In this document: in pieces, positions 8,801 through 17,808 of the stretch
Layout: each line of letters opens with the position of its first letter
Position numbering within the stretch: the stretch's first letter is position 1
Assembly (NCBI GenBank): GCA_942492995.1
Contig: OW818653.1
Location: 1,110,001 to 1,142,000 of the forward strand
Source: an uncultured Erysipelotrichaceae bacterium
Lineage (GTDB): Bacteria; Bacillota_I; Bacilli_A; Erysipelotrichales; Erysipelotrichaceae
Direction of reading: 5' to 3'
Length of the DNA stretch: 32,000 nucleotides
Notes under the pieces: generated by a model
The model's database searches: none
What the model saw: the letters and a program-made list of their open reading frames with translations, nothing else
What the model was told of the DNA's origin: nothing
Translations under genes and position numbers: made by a program

Positions 8801-8829
8801 ATATTACATTGATTGTGTCAGTTAATCAA
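8801..8829 (-). promoter_or_regulatory. Putative sigma-A-type promoter for the GT2-GT2-Wzy-like operon
   Basis: On the minus strand: TTGATT (plus coordinates 8824-8829), a 17-nt spacer, then TAATAT (8801-8806), about 36 nt upstream of the ATG at 8765. Confidence 0.45.
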
Positions 8830-8856
8830 AACTAATGTCCTAATATATTTGTTACA

Positions 8857-8865
8857 TGATATAAT
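8857..8865 (+). promoter_or_regulatory. Putative extended -10 element (TGaTATAAT) for the GtrB-like/GT-C operon
   Basis: tgatataat read at 8857-8865, 17 nt upstream of the ATG at 8882. There is no good -35 element. Confidence 0.35.
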
Positions 8866-8881
8866 TTGTTGGGTGAATCTA

Positions 8882-9811
8882 ATGAAAAAATTAACGATCG
8901 TAGTCCCTTGTTATAATGAGGAAAAAGCACTTCCATTCTTCGTGGAAGAAATGAGTATTCAAGCTAAAAATATTCAATATGATATTGAATATCTTTTTGT
9001 GAATGATGGTTCAAAAGATAAAACTTTAACTGTTCTTCTAGATTTAAAGAAAAAGTATAATCATCTTAATTTTAATATAATCAACTTCAGTCGTAATTTC
9101 GGTAAAGAAGCTGGAATGTTAGCTGGGCTTAAAAACTCGACGGGTGATTTAGTTGTGATGATGGATGCGGATATGCAAGATCCACCAAGTTTATTACCAA
9201 AAATGATTCAAATGATTGAGAATAATGATGTCGATAGTGTTGCGACATATCGTGTAACTCGTAAAGGTGAACCTCTAATAAGAAGTTTCTTTGCGCGTAA
9301 GTTCTATGCCATTATTAATAAAATTAGTGAAATCGATATTGTGGATGGTTCTAGAGATTATCGCTTAATGACTAGAAGAATGGTTGATGCGATTCTAGAC
9401 ATGTCAGAATATCATCGTTTTTCAAAGGGTATATTTGTTTGGGTTGGATTTTCAACTCAATACTTAGAATACGAAAATGTTGAACGTGTAGCTGGTGAAA
9501 CGAAGTGGAGTTTCTGGAAGTTATTAATGTATGCAATAGAGGGTATTGTCGCATTTACGACCGTACCACTTAGACTTTCAACGTTAGTTGGTTTATTTAT
9601 GTCAATGGTAACATTAGCCTATATGGTTTTTGTGTTCATAAAAGCATTGCTTTATGGAGATCCTGTCGCAGGTTATCCATCTATGATGGTTGTGATATTA
9701 TTCCTTGGTGGGGCACAACTTTTATCTCTTGGAGTATTAGGTGAATACCTTTCTAAGACATACATGGAAGTTAAAAAACGTCCTCATTACATCATCAAGG
9801 ATCGCTTCTAG
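8882..9811 (+). CDS. GtrB/CsbB-type polyprenol-phosphate sugar synthase (membrane-anchored GT2)
   Basis: The track ORF starts at 8813, but the ATG at 8882 (MKKLTIVVPCYNEEKALPFF) is the canonical GT2 start, with GGGTGA upstream. It shows FVNDGSKDKT, MDADMQDPP, and two C-terminal TM helices (LRLSTLVGLFMSMVTLAYMVFVFI and MMVVILFLGGAQLLSLGVLGEY), which is typical of the GtrB/CsbB/Ppm1-like class. Confidence 0.8.
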   Translation: MKKLTIVVPCYNEEKALPFFVEEMSIQAKNIQYDIEYLFVNDGSKDKTLTVLLDLKKKYNHLNFNIINFSRNFGKEAGMLAGLKNSTGDLVVMMDADMQDPPSLLPKMIQMIENNDVDSVATYRVTRKGEPLIRSFFARKFYAIINKISEIDIVDGSRDYRLMTRRMVDAILDMSEYHRFSKGIFVWVGFSTQYLEYENVERVAGETKWSFWKLLMYAIEGIVAFTTVPLRLSTLVGLFMSMVTLAYMVFVFIKALLYGDPVAGYPSMMVVILFLGGAQLLSLGVLGEYLSKTYMEVKKRPHYIIKDRF

Positions 9812-9838
9812 TATTTCTTAAGAAAGGTTTTAATAATC

Positions 9839-11521
9839 ATGAAAAGTAATCGTTTTTTTGCGCAGTTTTTTAATAGTAAGTATTTTGTACCACTAGTACT
9901 TTTACTAATGTTAATCCTTTACACATTCCCTTTTTATAATCGAGGAATTGTCTTTGGACATGATTTAATTTATCATCTATCTCGTGCAATGGGCGCATAT
10001 GAACAAATTAAATTAGGTATCTTCCCTGTAAAAGTATTAGGTGGATTCTATGGAGGTTATGGATATGCGGTTGGATTGTTCTATCCAACTGGTCTCTTGT
10101 ACATAATTTCGTTTCTATTATACTTTGGCGTTTCACTACTTATTTCATATAAACTTTGGATTGTATTAGTTACGTTCCTTACACTCATAAGTATGTATAT
10201 CTCGAGTTATACAATAGTCTCATCTAAACGATTTGCGCTAGTGTCTACATTTCTTTATGTATTCTCAATCTATCGAAATTATGCGGATTTGTTAGCACGT
10301 GCCGCACTTGGAGAATATATTGTATTTATGTTTCTACCAATTGTGTTTGCGAGCTTTTATGCGATTGTAAATAAGAAACAGAATCAATGGTTATGGTTGA
10401 GCATTGGAATGTTTGGAATACTTACAAGTCATACGATATCAACCATCTGGGTTGCCTTACTTCTAATAATCTATACTTTAATACATTTTAAAGATGTATA
10501 TCTAAATAAAAATGTTTTATTTACAATAATTAAAGCTGCTTTATTCACATTATTAATATCAATTTACTATTGGTTGCCGATGATAGAAATGATGGTGAGT
10601 GATACATATCGATACAATTATCCTTGGACTAACCTATCATTAAACGTTATAACTACATGGACAAAAATATTCTATATTAGTCCAAATCTAAATATATTCC
10701 CTTATGGAGTTGAGAGTTGGTTGATTGTAATACTCGTGATTGCGGTTATTACTAAATTCAAATCTTATTTACAACATGATTTTATGAAGTTTACGTTAAT
10801 CGTATTACTCTTATTATTTGTGTTTGTATCAAACATTATTCCAGTTAATTTATTAAGTATATTTGATTTTATGCAATTCCCATGGCGTGTATATTTATAT
10901 ATAACATTCTTTATTAGTATTGCCGTTGCGTATTTCATTGAATTATTAAGTCAAAAGAAGCAGATTATACTAATCGGTTCGTTAATTGTAATTACTTATG
11001 TTGGTTATATTAGTTCGATTAATGCATATTACATTGAGAAATATGATCGAATATACTTTACTTTCCCACGCTATCAGATTGAACATTTCTATGGAGAGTT
11101 TCTTCCAAAACTAGCGAATATGGACTATATTACCGCAAACATTGACCCATATTTTATTAACATTTCTAATCCAATTGATATAACGTATGAGAAGAAAATA
11201 ACTACATTCGATATTTACTTTAATCAATTAGACTATACCAATACAAAATTAGACATTCCATTATTGTATTACAAAGGATATTCAGCGTATTTAACAAGTG
11301 GAGATACAACTGTAATATTACCGATTCAGAAGAGCAATAATAGTTTAATGTCGATTAATATTGGGGAATATAAAGAAGGTGTAATCCATTTCTATTATCA
11401 AGGAACGCGCATTCAAAAAGTATCTGCACTTATTAGTATTGCGACGGGTGGATTATTTATTCTATATAGCTTATTGAAGAAGTTTAATTTATTACCAAAA
11501 CTAATTAAAAGAAAAGTGTAA
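9839..11521 (+). CDS. Polytopic GT-C-fold membrane glycosyltransferase, probable partner of the GtrB-like enzyme
   Basis: 560 aa with about 12 or more TM helices. An early loop motif GHDLIYHLSRAMG resembles the acidic first-loop motif of GT-C enzymes. The C-terminal soluble domain ends in a final TM helix. The gene lies 27 nt downstream of the GtrB-like gene. Confidence 0.6.
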   Translation: MKSNRFFAQFFNSKYFVPLVLLLMLILYTFPFYNRGIVFGHDLIYHLSRAMGAYEQIKLGIFPVKVLGGFYGGYGYAVGLFYPTGLLYIISFLLYFGVSLLISYKLWIVLVTFLTLISMYISSYTIVSSKRFALVSTFLYVFSIYRNYADLLARAALGEYIVFMFLPIVFASFYAIVNKKQNQWLWLSIGMFGILTSHTISTIWVALLLIIYTLIHFKDVYLNKNVLFTIIKAALFTLLISIYYWLPMIEMMVSDTYRYNYPWTNLSLNVITTWTKIFYISPNLNIFPYGVESWLIVILVIAVITKFKSYLQHDFMKFTLIVLLLLFVFVSNIIPVNLLSIFDFMQFPWRVYLYITFFISIAVAYFIELLSQKKQIILIGSLIVITYVGYISSINAYYIEKYDRIYFTFPRYQIEHFYGEFLPKLANMDYITANIDPYFINISNPIDITYEKKITTFDIYFNQLDYTNTKLDIPLLYYKGYSAYLTSGDTTVILPIQKSNNSLMSINIGEYKEGVIHFYYQGTRIQKVSALISIATGGLFILYSLLKKFNLLPKLIKRKV

Positions 11522-11536
11522 TTTTTACACTTTTTT
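11512..11536. terminator. Weak AT-rich bidirectional hairpin terminator overlapping two convergent stop codons
   Basis: aaaagtgta (11512-11520) pairs with tacactttt (11526-11534) around the loop atttt, with T/A runs on both sides. The stem has only two G:C pairs. Confidence 0.4.
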
Positions 11537-13010
11537 AAACTCTATTTTTAATTATCTTATTCTTAAACATTATTAGTATCGTCCAAACATCATTGAATTC
11601 TTTTTTTATGAATAAATATGAAAGTACTACATAGATTGCAAATCCAGTAAGTACTTGTAATCCAAGTAATGAGACTGAACCAAGATTTAATAACGAAACA
11701 GCTAATACGCCAGCCCCCATCGCAAATGATACGAGAGTTATTGGACTAATATCTTTAATCTGATCAATGTATCCATATCCAACAAACTCTTTCGAATAAT
11801 GTACATTAATTAGATATCCAATCTGTGCATTAAAGAACAATACCCATAATAATTCAATAATCGAAACACCATACCACAACGCTATTGAGATTGTTGTAAA
11901 TGCGACTATTTTCTTGAAAATCTCTAATCTTAAATACAGATCCGTTCGTCCAATGACTGTTAAGATATTTAGATTCACTTTATGTAGTGGAATCATTAAC
12001 CCATTAATTGCGAGAATTTGCATAATTGGTATCATACCCAACCATTGTTCATTAAATACAACTTTGACGATAGATTCAGATGTTGCGGCTAAACCAATCA
12101 AGATTGGATAGATAATAAAGATCGATAATTTTAAGATTCTTCGACTTGTCTCTAACATTGATTCTTTTTGGTTTTGAAGTTTACTTAATACAGGAAATGA
12201 AACTTTTTGAATCGCATCCGTCAATGTTTGCGCAGCCCCATCACGAATCTTAAGTGCATTACTATAATACCCAAGTGCTGAGACAGAGAACAAAGCGCCC
12301 ATAATCAAATTGAATATATTCTCATAAACTGTATGGATTAAACCAGATAACATTAATTTCCAAGAATATACAATCGCCTCATTTAAGAATTGACGATCGA
12401 TTTTACCTTTTAAATCTAAATGATAGATTTGCGTTAGGAGAATTGTTTGAATTAATTGAAATGAAACATTGTAAATTACTAAACTCCATACCCCAAAATT
12501 AAACAAACTTACTGTAACTGCGATAATACCCGATACAATTGCCGCAACTAACATACTCATTGTTTGACCACGGAATTGTAGATCACGCGTCAACATTGCC
12601 TTATGTACAGATCCATACGCATTAAAGATAATTGCGGATGAACTAACCACAAGTAACATTTGTGTAGATGGTTCATTTAAATAATCTGAAATCCAAGGTG
12701 AACCTAACACAAAGATTGTCACAATTATAAACGCAAAAATCATATTTGCGACAAACAATGAAAACGCATCATTTTCTTCCAACGTTTGTTTACGAATTAG
12801 AAATAATGTTAATCCATTTTCGATTAGATAATTCGCAACACTCACAAAAGCCATCACAAGCGCTACTAAACCAAATGCTTCTGGCCAGAGTAATCGAGCT
12901 AATATGATTTGTGTTAATATTCGTATTATTTGAAACGCAAAAGAACCACCAGAACTCCACATCATCCCATTGATTGCTTTGCTTTTTATGTTTATATTTG
13001 TTTCACTCAT
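11535..13010 (-). CDS. wzx: Wzx-type polysaccharide flippase (MOP/PST superfamily)
   Basis: 491 aa with about 12-14 TM helices. The N-terminus KSKAINGMMWSSGGSFAFQIIRILTQIILARLLWPEAFGLVALVMAF is the classic Polysacc_synt/RfbX-type signature. Confidence 0.8.
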   Translation of the reverse strand: MSETNINIKSKAINGMMWSSGGSFAFQIIRILTQIILARLLWPEAFGLVALVMAFVSVANYLIENGLTLFLIRKQTLEENDAFSLFVANMIFAFIIVTIFVLGSPWISDYLNEPSTQMLLVVSSSAIIFNAYGSVHKAMLTRDLQFRGQTMSMLVAAIVSGIIAVTVSLFNFGVWSLVIYNVSFQLIQTILLTQIYHLDLKGKIDRQFLNEAIVYSWKLMLSGLIHTVYENIFNLIMGALFSVSALGYYSNALKIRDGAAQTLTDAIQKVSFPVLSKLQNQKESMLETSRRILKLSIFIIYPILIGLAATSESIVKVVFNEQWLGMIPIMQILAINGLMIPLHKVNLNILTVIGRTDLYLRLEIFKKIVAFTTISIALWYGVSIIELLWVLFFNAQIGYLINVHYSKEFVGYGYIDQIKDISPITLVSFAMGAGVLAVSLLNLGSVSLLGLQVLTGFAIYVVLSYLFIKKEFNDVWTILIMFKNKIIKNRV

Positions 13011-13095
13011 CTATATTAGAATACCCACTATTCTTATAAAAGTCTATTTATTTTTCGTATTAAGAAAGAATAAAAACTAAATAATATATATCCCA

Positions 13096-14673
13096 TTAAT
13101 TTGGTTCATACACATAGAAATAATCAAATTCAACTCTATCTAACTGATATGACTCTAGTTTAATAATAAAATCTGTATTCGACTTATTCACAATATAATA
13201 GGCATTACGATCAATTATTTCAGGCATGCCAAAATTATACTGTTTGTATCCATTTTCATATTTTCCTAAATTATAATCAAACGGTGATATTTGAGCACTA
13301 AGTAAAAAGTAGATATGGCCTTGGTAATTACTATCAATATTACTTTCTGTATATACAAGTTTATTTTCAGTGTTATTTACTTCGACGTATTCTATCTCTT
13401 CAGTAAATAGATTTGAGAATAAGGTTTGAGGATAAATATCATATTTGTATTCAAAATAGTAATACTTCGCAAACCCAATAAAGTTCATAATATATAAGAA
13501 TATTAATAGAATATGTAATGATTTAATAACCCATTGTGATTTAACATAATGTTTTATAAGTGTTTCAGATGCGTATACACCAATAACAAGTAATACCAAA
13601 ATTGAATAGAATATACCATTCATTTTATTCGTATTGAGTTGTTCCTCAAGCATAATTCCCATAACGAACACTGAAAACGCAAAGAACCAGATTACTACAA
13701 TCGGTGAATAACATCTCGATTTAATACTTCTAAATAGTTCTATCAATCCATAAAATATACCAATTAATACAAATGGGATTGATATTCTATACATCGTATA
13801 AAATTGACTAAACGTATTATATGTAAGTTGATCATACATAAATACACTTCTCGTAATAAGTTTAAAATTCTCAATTATTTTAGAGAACGTAAATCCTGAA
13901 CCTCTGAAATTGGTTAATTTAGGGAATGTAATGCCAAAGATAAGCAAACTATTCATATTGAGTGAATTTACTATAACCATTAGAATTAATGGAAGTGCTA
14001 ATAATACGAGTGGAATAACAAAGTATAAAACATATTTATATTGGATTGATTTTGTCCAAATCATATAAATAAGAATTAATAAAAGAAATATAGGCATTAC
14101 AACATAACTTAGTGCATAGGTATATAAAATTAATCCTGAGAAAAGACCAGCGATGATATAGTAATTCTTACTCTTCTCACTTATCATTTTATGCACAAAA
14201 TATAGTACAATCGATGACATACCCATCATCAAATTACAGTCCAATCCAAATCGAGATTGCATAATAAAATATGGAAGTACTGTAAATAGGAATGAAAACA
14301 AGATTCCATAATATTTTGAATTAAGTATTTCTGTAACAGTTTCATAACCAACAAAGAATGTAAGAGTTGATAGTATAATTCCTGGCAATCGAATTGAATA
14401 AATAGATAATCCAGATAATTTAATAAGAATCATAGACATATAGGCATATAACGCACTTTGCCCAGCCCCAAAATTAATCAAATAGACAGGATATGAATTC
14501 AAATAACGATCAACTCCAAAATTAGCTAAAGAAAAAGCATCATACGCCATTCCAACTTCATCTACATGCATTCCAAATGGAACTTCATTTAGATTAAACA
14601 ATCGAGTAATTAAAAAGCCAATAAACAATGTACACATTATTAAAGTCATATTCGATTTTATTAATTTTTTCAT
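13096..14673 (-). CDS. GT39/ArnT/PMT-like GT-C membrane glycosyltransferase
   Basis: 525 aa and polytopic. The first extracytoplasmic loop FGMHVDEVGMAYDAFSLANFGVDRY carries the D-E motif typical of the ArnT/PMT_2 family. GGGGA RBS upstream. Confidence 0.7.
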   Translation of the reverse strand: MKKLIKSNMTLIMCTLFIGFLITRLFNLNEVPFGMHVDEVGMAYDAFSLANFGVDRYLNSYPVYLINFGAGQSALYAYMSMILIKLSGLSIYSIRLPGIILSTLTFFVGYETVTEILNSKYYGILFSFLFTVLPYFIMQSRFGLDCNLMMGMSSIVLYFVHKMISEKSKNYYIIAGLFSGLILYTYALSYVVMPIFLLLILIYMIWTKSIQYKYVLYFVIPLVLLALPLILMVIVNSLNMNSLLIFGITFPKLTNFRGSGFTFSKIIENFKLITRSVFMYDQLTYNTFSQFYTMYRISIPFVLIGIFYGLIELFRSIKSRCYSPIVVIWFFAFSVFVMGIMLEEQLNTNKMNGIFYSILVLLVIGVYASETLIKHYVKSQWVIKSLHILLIFLYIMNFIGFAKYYYFEYKYDIYPQTLFSNLFTEEIEYVEVNNTENKLVYTESNIDSNYQGHIYFLLSAQISPFDYNLGKYENGYKQYNFGMPEIIDRNAYYIVNKSNTDFIIKLESYQLDRVEFDYFYVYEPN

Positions 14674-14799
14674 TTAAACAAATCCCCTATTTTGTTAAAC
14701 ATATTCATAAAAATACTCTTACGTATTAGTTGAATTTACATATTAAAGAATATACTAATAAGTATGATTTAGTATATATTACATGATAATACTTTATAT

Positions 14800-15897
14800 T
14801 TATTTAAGAATTTCTTTTAGTATATTTGTAATTAAACAAATTGATTCATAATCTAACTCGCCATACATCGGTAAACAAATTACTTGATTGGAAATAGTTC
14901 TAGATAGTGGCAAATCAGCTTGATAGATATCTCTATAACAAGCATAATCCGTAACTAATGGATAAAAATATTTCTTCGCATTTATTCCTTTTTCTTTTAA
15001 CGTATTAAAAACTTCATCTCGTGAGATTGTTTTATGATTAATTAGAATTGGAAAATATGAAAAGTTATACTGCGTATTTTGATGATAGATTGGTAATGTG
15101 ATTGTATCAATCTCGTTTAACAACGTTATATATGCATTCGCATTATTACAACGATCCGAAATCTCTTTTTCCAAGAGTGGTAAATTACTTAAGCCCATCG
15201 CAGCTTGGAATTCATTCATTTTTAAATTTGAGCCAATATATGTTATATCTTCAGATGTTTCCATCCCGTAATACTTTATTAATTCTAATTTTTTAGTTAA
15301 TGCACTATCACGATAGGTAAGTAATCCACCTTCAATCGTATTAAATACCTTCGTCGCATTCATACTAAACATCGACACATCCCCAAAATTACCAATCCCA
15401 ATATTATTGTGCTTAACTCCAAATACATGGGCCGCATCATATATAAGTTTCAAATTGTATTTGTGTGCAAGTTTCTCAAACACTTCCACATCACATACAT
15501 TGCCTAAGATATGAACTGGCATTATCGCAACTGTTTTATCCGTTATCTTCTTTTCAACTTCTACTGGATCTAATGTAAAATCATCTTCTTTTATATCCGC
15601 GAATACAGGCGTACAACCTTGTCGTACAATCGCATGGGTTGTGGAAGGAAATGTAAACGCAGTCGTGATTATTTCTCCTTTTAATTGATACGCTTCTAAA
15701 ATAGCTTCAAGTGCTAAATGTCCATTCACAAATAAAGACGCATTTTCAACTTCAAGAAGCTCTTTAAGTTTAGTCTCTAATTGTTCATGTTTAGAACCTT
15801 TACTCGTTAATTGATGTGTATCCCAAATCGATTCTATCTCTTTTACATAATCTTCAAACTTCGGTAATAAAGACTTTGTGACATTGATTTTTTTCAT
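14800..15897 (-). CDS. DegT/DnrJ/EryC1/StrS-family PLP-dependent sugar aminotransferase
   Basis: The track ORF extends to 15915. The ATG at 15897 (MKKINVTKSLLPKFEDY) follows GGAGA at the right distance. It shows the family pattern ...FVNGHLALEAIL...TFPSTTHAI...DAAHVFG...SMFSMNATKVFNTIEGG, with the Schiff-base lysine in NATK. Confidence 0.85.
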   Translation of the reverse strand: MKKINVTKSLLPKFEDYVKEIESIWDTHQLTSKGSKHEQLETKLKELLEVENASLFVNGHLALEAILEAYQLKGEIITTAFTFPSTTHAIVRQGCTPVFADIKEDDFTLDPVEVEKKITDKTVAIMPVHILGNVCDVEVFEKLAHKYNLKLIYDAAHVFGVKHNNIGIGNFGDVSMFSMNATKVFNTIEGGLLTYRDSALTKKLELIKYYGMETSEDITYIGSNLKMNEFQAAMGLSNLPLLEKEISDRCNNANAYITLLNEIDTITLPIYHQNTQYNFSYFPILINHKTISRDEVFNTLKEKGINAKKYFYPLVTDYACYRDIYQADLPLSRTISNQVICLPMYGELDYESICLITNILKEILK

Positions 15898-15905
15898 AAT
15901 TTCTC

Positions 15906-16862
15906 CTAAACCCAATACTTAAATCTAAGAATTCGTAAATAATCGAATACGTTCGGATAGTTTTTCTCAATCCATAAAGCGAGTTGACTATATTTATTTA
16001 GATTTATAAATGGTTTAAACTTTTCTTGATTTAAGGTTTGAAACTCTCTTTTACGTGTAATTATTAAATATTCTAAATAATTTAATGTTTCATTCATTAT
16101 AGTATCATATTGAAAATTCGTATATTGATTAAACTCTTTAAAAAATTCATATTCAGATTGGTAATGATGAATAAGTTTCTGAGTATTCATACGTACACGA
16201 TGAGTCCATGATAAATCAACCCCAACACGATAGACAGACATTACATCAGGAATATAAACGATATTCCCTATTAATGAGAAGTACATTAGTCGTGTCACAT
16301 CGCCAACTTTGAAATGTTTAAAGAATTCAGGCATTACTATTGGTTCATTTCTAAACATAAATGAGTGAAATGGAAACACACTACCTCGATGCTTGATAAT
16401 TTCTTCCATAGTTAAGATACGTTTCTCAGTACCGATTCTCCAAACTTTACGTGCAATTGGATTACGTGTATTTTGAATGTAACAAGCATGTCCAACACAT
16501 ACACATTTTTCATCGGATTCAAGAATTTCAACCTGCTTTTGAAGTTTATATGGATCAATCCAATAATCGTCACCTTCACATATCGCTAAATACTTGCCAT
16601 TCGCTCTTAAACGATTTATCTCAAACACACTCTTGCCTTGACTGTATTGATTAATACTTTGATATATTGGTTTAACTAAGTTTGGATATTGTGTCTCATA
16701 TTGTTTAATGATTCGTTGTGTATCATCTGTTGAAGCATCATCATGGATACATATCTCAAATGCGAAATCCGTTTTTTGCATAATAAAACCATCCAATGCC
16801 TTTTTAATAAAGCTTGAATGATTAAATGTATGACATAAAATACTTACAACGATTTTTTCCAT
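15906..16862 (-). CDS. Family 2 glycosyltransferase
   Basis: MEKIVVSILCHTFNHSSFIKKALDGFIMQKTDFAFEICIHDDASTDDT...CEGDDYW motifs. Confidence 0.8.
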   Translation of the reverse strand: MEKIVVSILCHTFNHSSFIKKALDGFIMQKTDFAFEICIHDDASTDDTQRIIKQYETQYPNLVKPIYQSINQYSQGKSVFEINRLRANGKYLAICEGDDYWIDPYKLQKQVEILESDEKCVCVGHACYIQNTRNPIARKVWRIGTEKRILTMEEIIKHRGSVFPFHSFMFRNEPIVMPEFFKHFKVGDVTRLMYFSLIGNIVYIPDVMSVYRVGVDLSWTHRVRMNTQKLIHHYQSEYEFFKEFNQYTNFQYDTIMNETLNYLEYLIITRKREFQTLNQEKFKPFINLNKYSQLALWIEKNYPNVFDYLRILRFKYWV

Positions 16863-16873
16863 TTAACTCACTT

Positions 16874-17710
16874 TTATTTTTGATTTAAATTTAATAATAC
16901 TCTTAATTCTGAAGAACTCATCATTGTATGTTCATTAACATCGATTAATCGGTGAATTCGCTTAATTAAATCGATATTACTCGCTAAAACAGTGCGATTA
17001 TCATCGTACCAGATATTATCTTCTAATCCAATTCTTACACCATATCCTAATGATATTGCACATTGATTTGAGGTGAACTGTGAATTTCCAATACCACCAA
17101 TTGAGAAGATTGCGTTCTTTGGAAGTTCATTAATTAATGTAGCAAGATGTAATAGATTAAGTTGAGCACCTGCTATATTTCCAAGAATTAAATTTACGTA
17201 AATAGGTGTTTCTATATTTAACTTTTTTATCAGATAATTCAAATAATTAATCATACCCAAATCGAATACTTCAAATTCAGGCATAATTCCATTTTTTAAC
17301 ATTGTATTGATTAAGTCCATAATCATTTCAGGTGAATTATGACTAACATCTTTAGAGAAGTTTATTGAACCTAAGGTTAAACTAGCCATATCTGGTTTCA
17401 GATCACCCGTTAATTGTAATACCTCTGAACGCGCTTCAAACGTATTAACAGATCTACCTGTTGTCGATACAACAATCACAATATCTTTATTGTATGATCG
17501 AATACCACGAATTATTTCTGCATAGATTTCTTTTTTATAGGTAGGTATGCCATCTTCATCTCGTGCATGTAAATGTACCATTGTAATACCTAAATCAATC
17601 GCATTCTTAACTTCTTGGACAATCTCTGAAACGCTGATTGGAACATGTGGCGTTGTCGATTTCATTGGCAACATCCCTGTAGGTGTAAAGTTTATGATAA
17701 TTTTAGACAT
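16874..17710 (-). CDS. BKACE (beta-keto acid cleavage enzyme, former DUF849) family protein
   Basis: The track ORF extends to 17755. The ATG at 17710 (MSKIIINFTPTGMLPMKSTTPHVP) follows AAGGGG. It shows ITMVHLHARDEDGIPT and RIGLEDNIWYD, motifs characteristic of the 3-keto-5-aminohexanoate cleavage enzyme family. Confidence 0.8.
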   Translation of the reverse strand: MSKIIINFTPTGMLPMKSTTPHVPISVSEIVQEVKNAIDLGITMVHLHARDEDGIPTYKKEIYAEIIRGIRSYNKDIVIVVSTTGRSVNTFEARSEVLQLTGDLKPDMASLTLGSINFSKDVSHNSPEMIMDLINTMLKNGIMPEFEVFDLGMINYLNYLIKKLNIETPIYVNLILGNIAGAQLNLLHLATLINELPKNAIFSIGGIGNSQFTSNQCAISLGYGVRIGLEDNIWYDDNRTVLASNIDLIKRIHRLIDVNEHTMMSSSELRVLLNLNQK

Positions 17711-17808
17711 ATAACCCCTTTTATGGCTAAATGAGCATTTTCTATAGTTTAACATTTTCTTTAATGCTTGTGTTTTGTAATGTATTATATATTTATTAGG
17801 AAACCTCC

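Noticed and set aside
9853-9859. T7 homopolymer 15 nt into the GT-C gene, as a possible phase-variation switch. Other 7-8-nt A/T runs, such as 8664-8670 and 29384-29390, raise the same question.
   Set aside because: Runs of 7-8 A or T are expected by chance at this base composition. There is no long tract, no poly-G/C, and no evidence of frameshifted alleles in the window.
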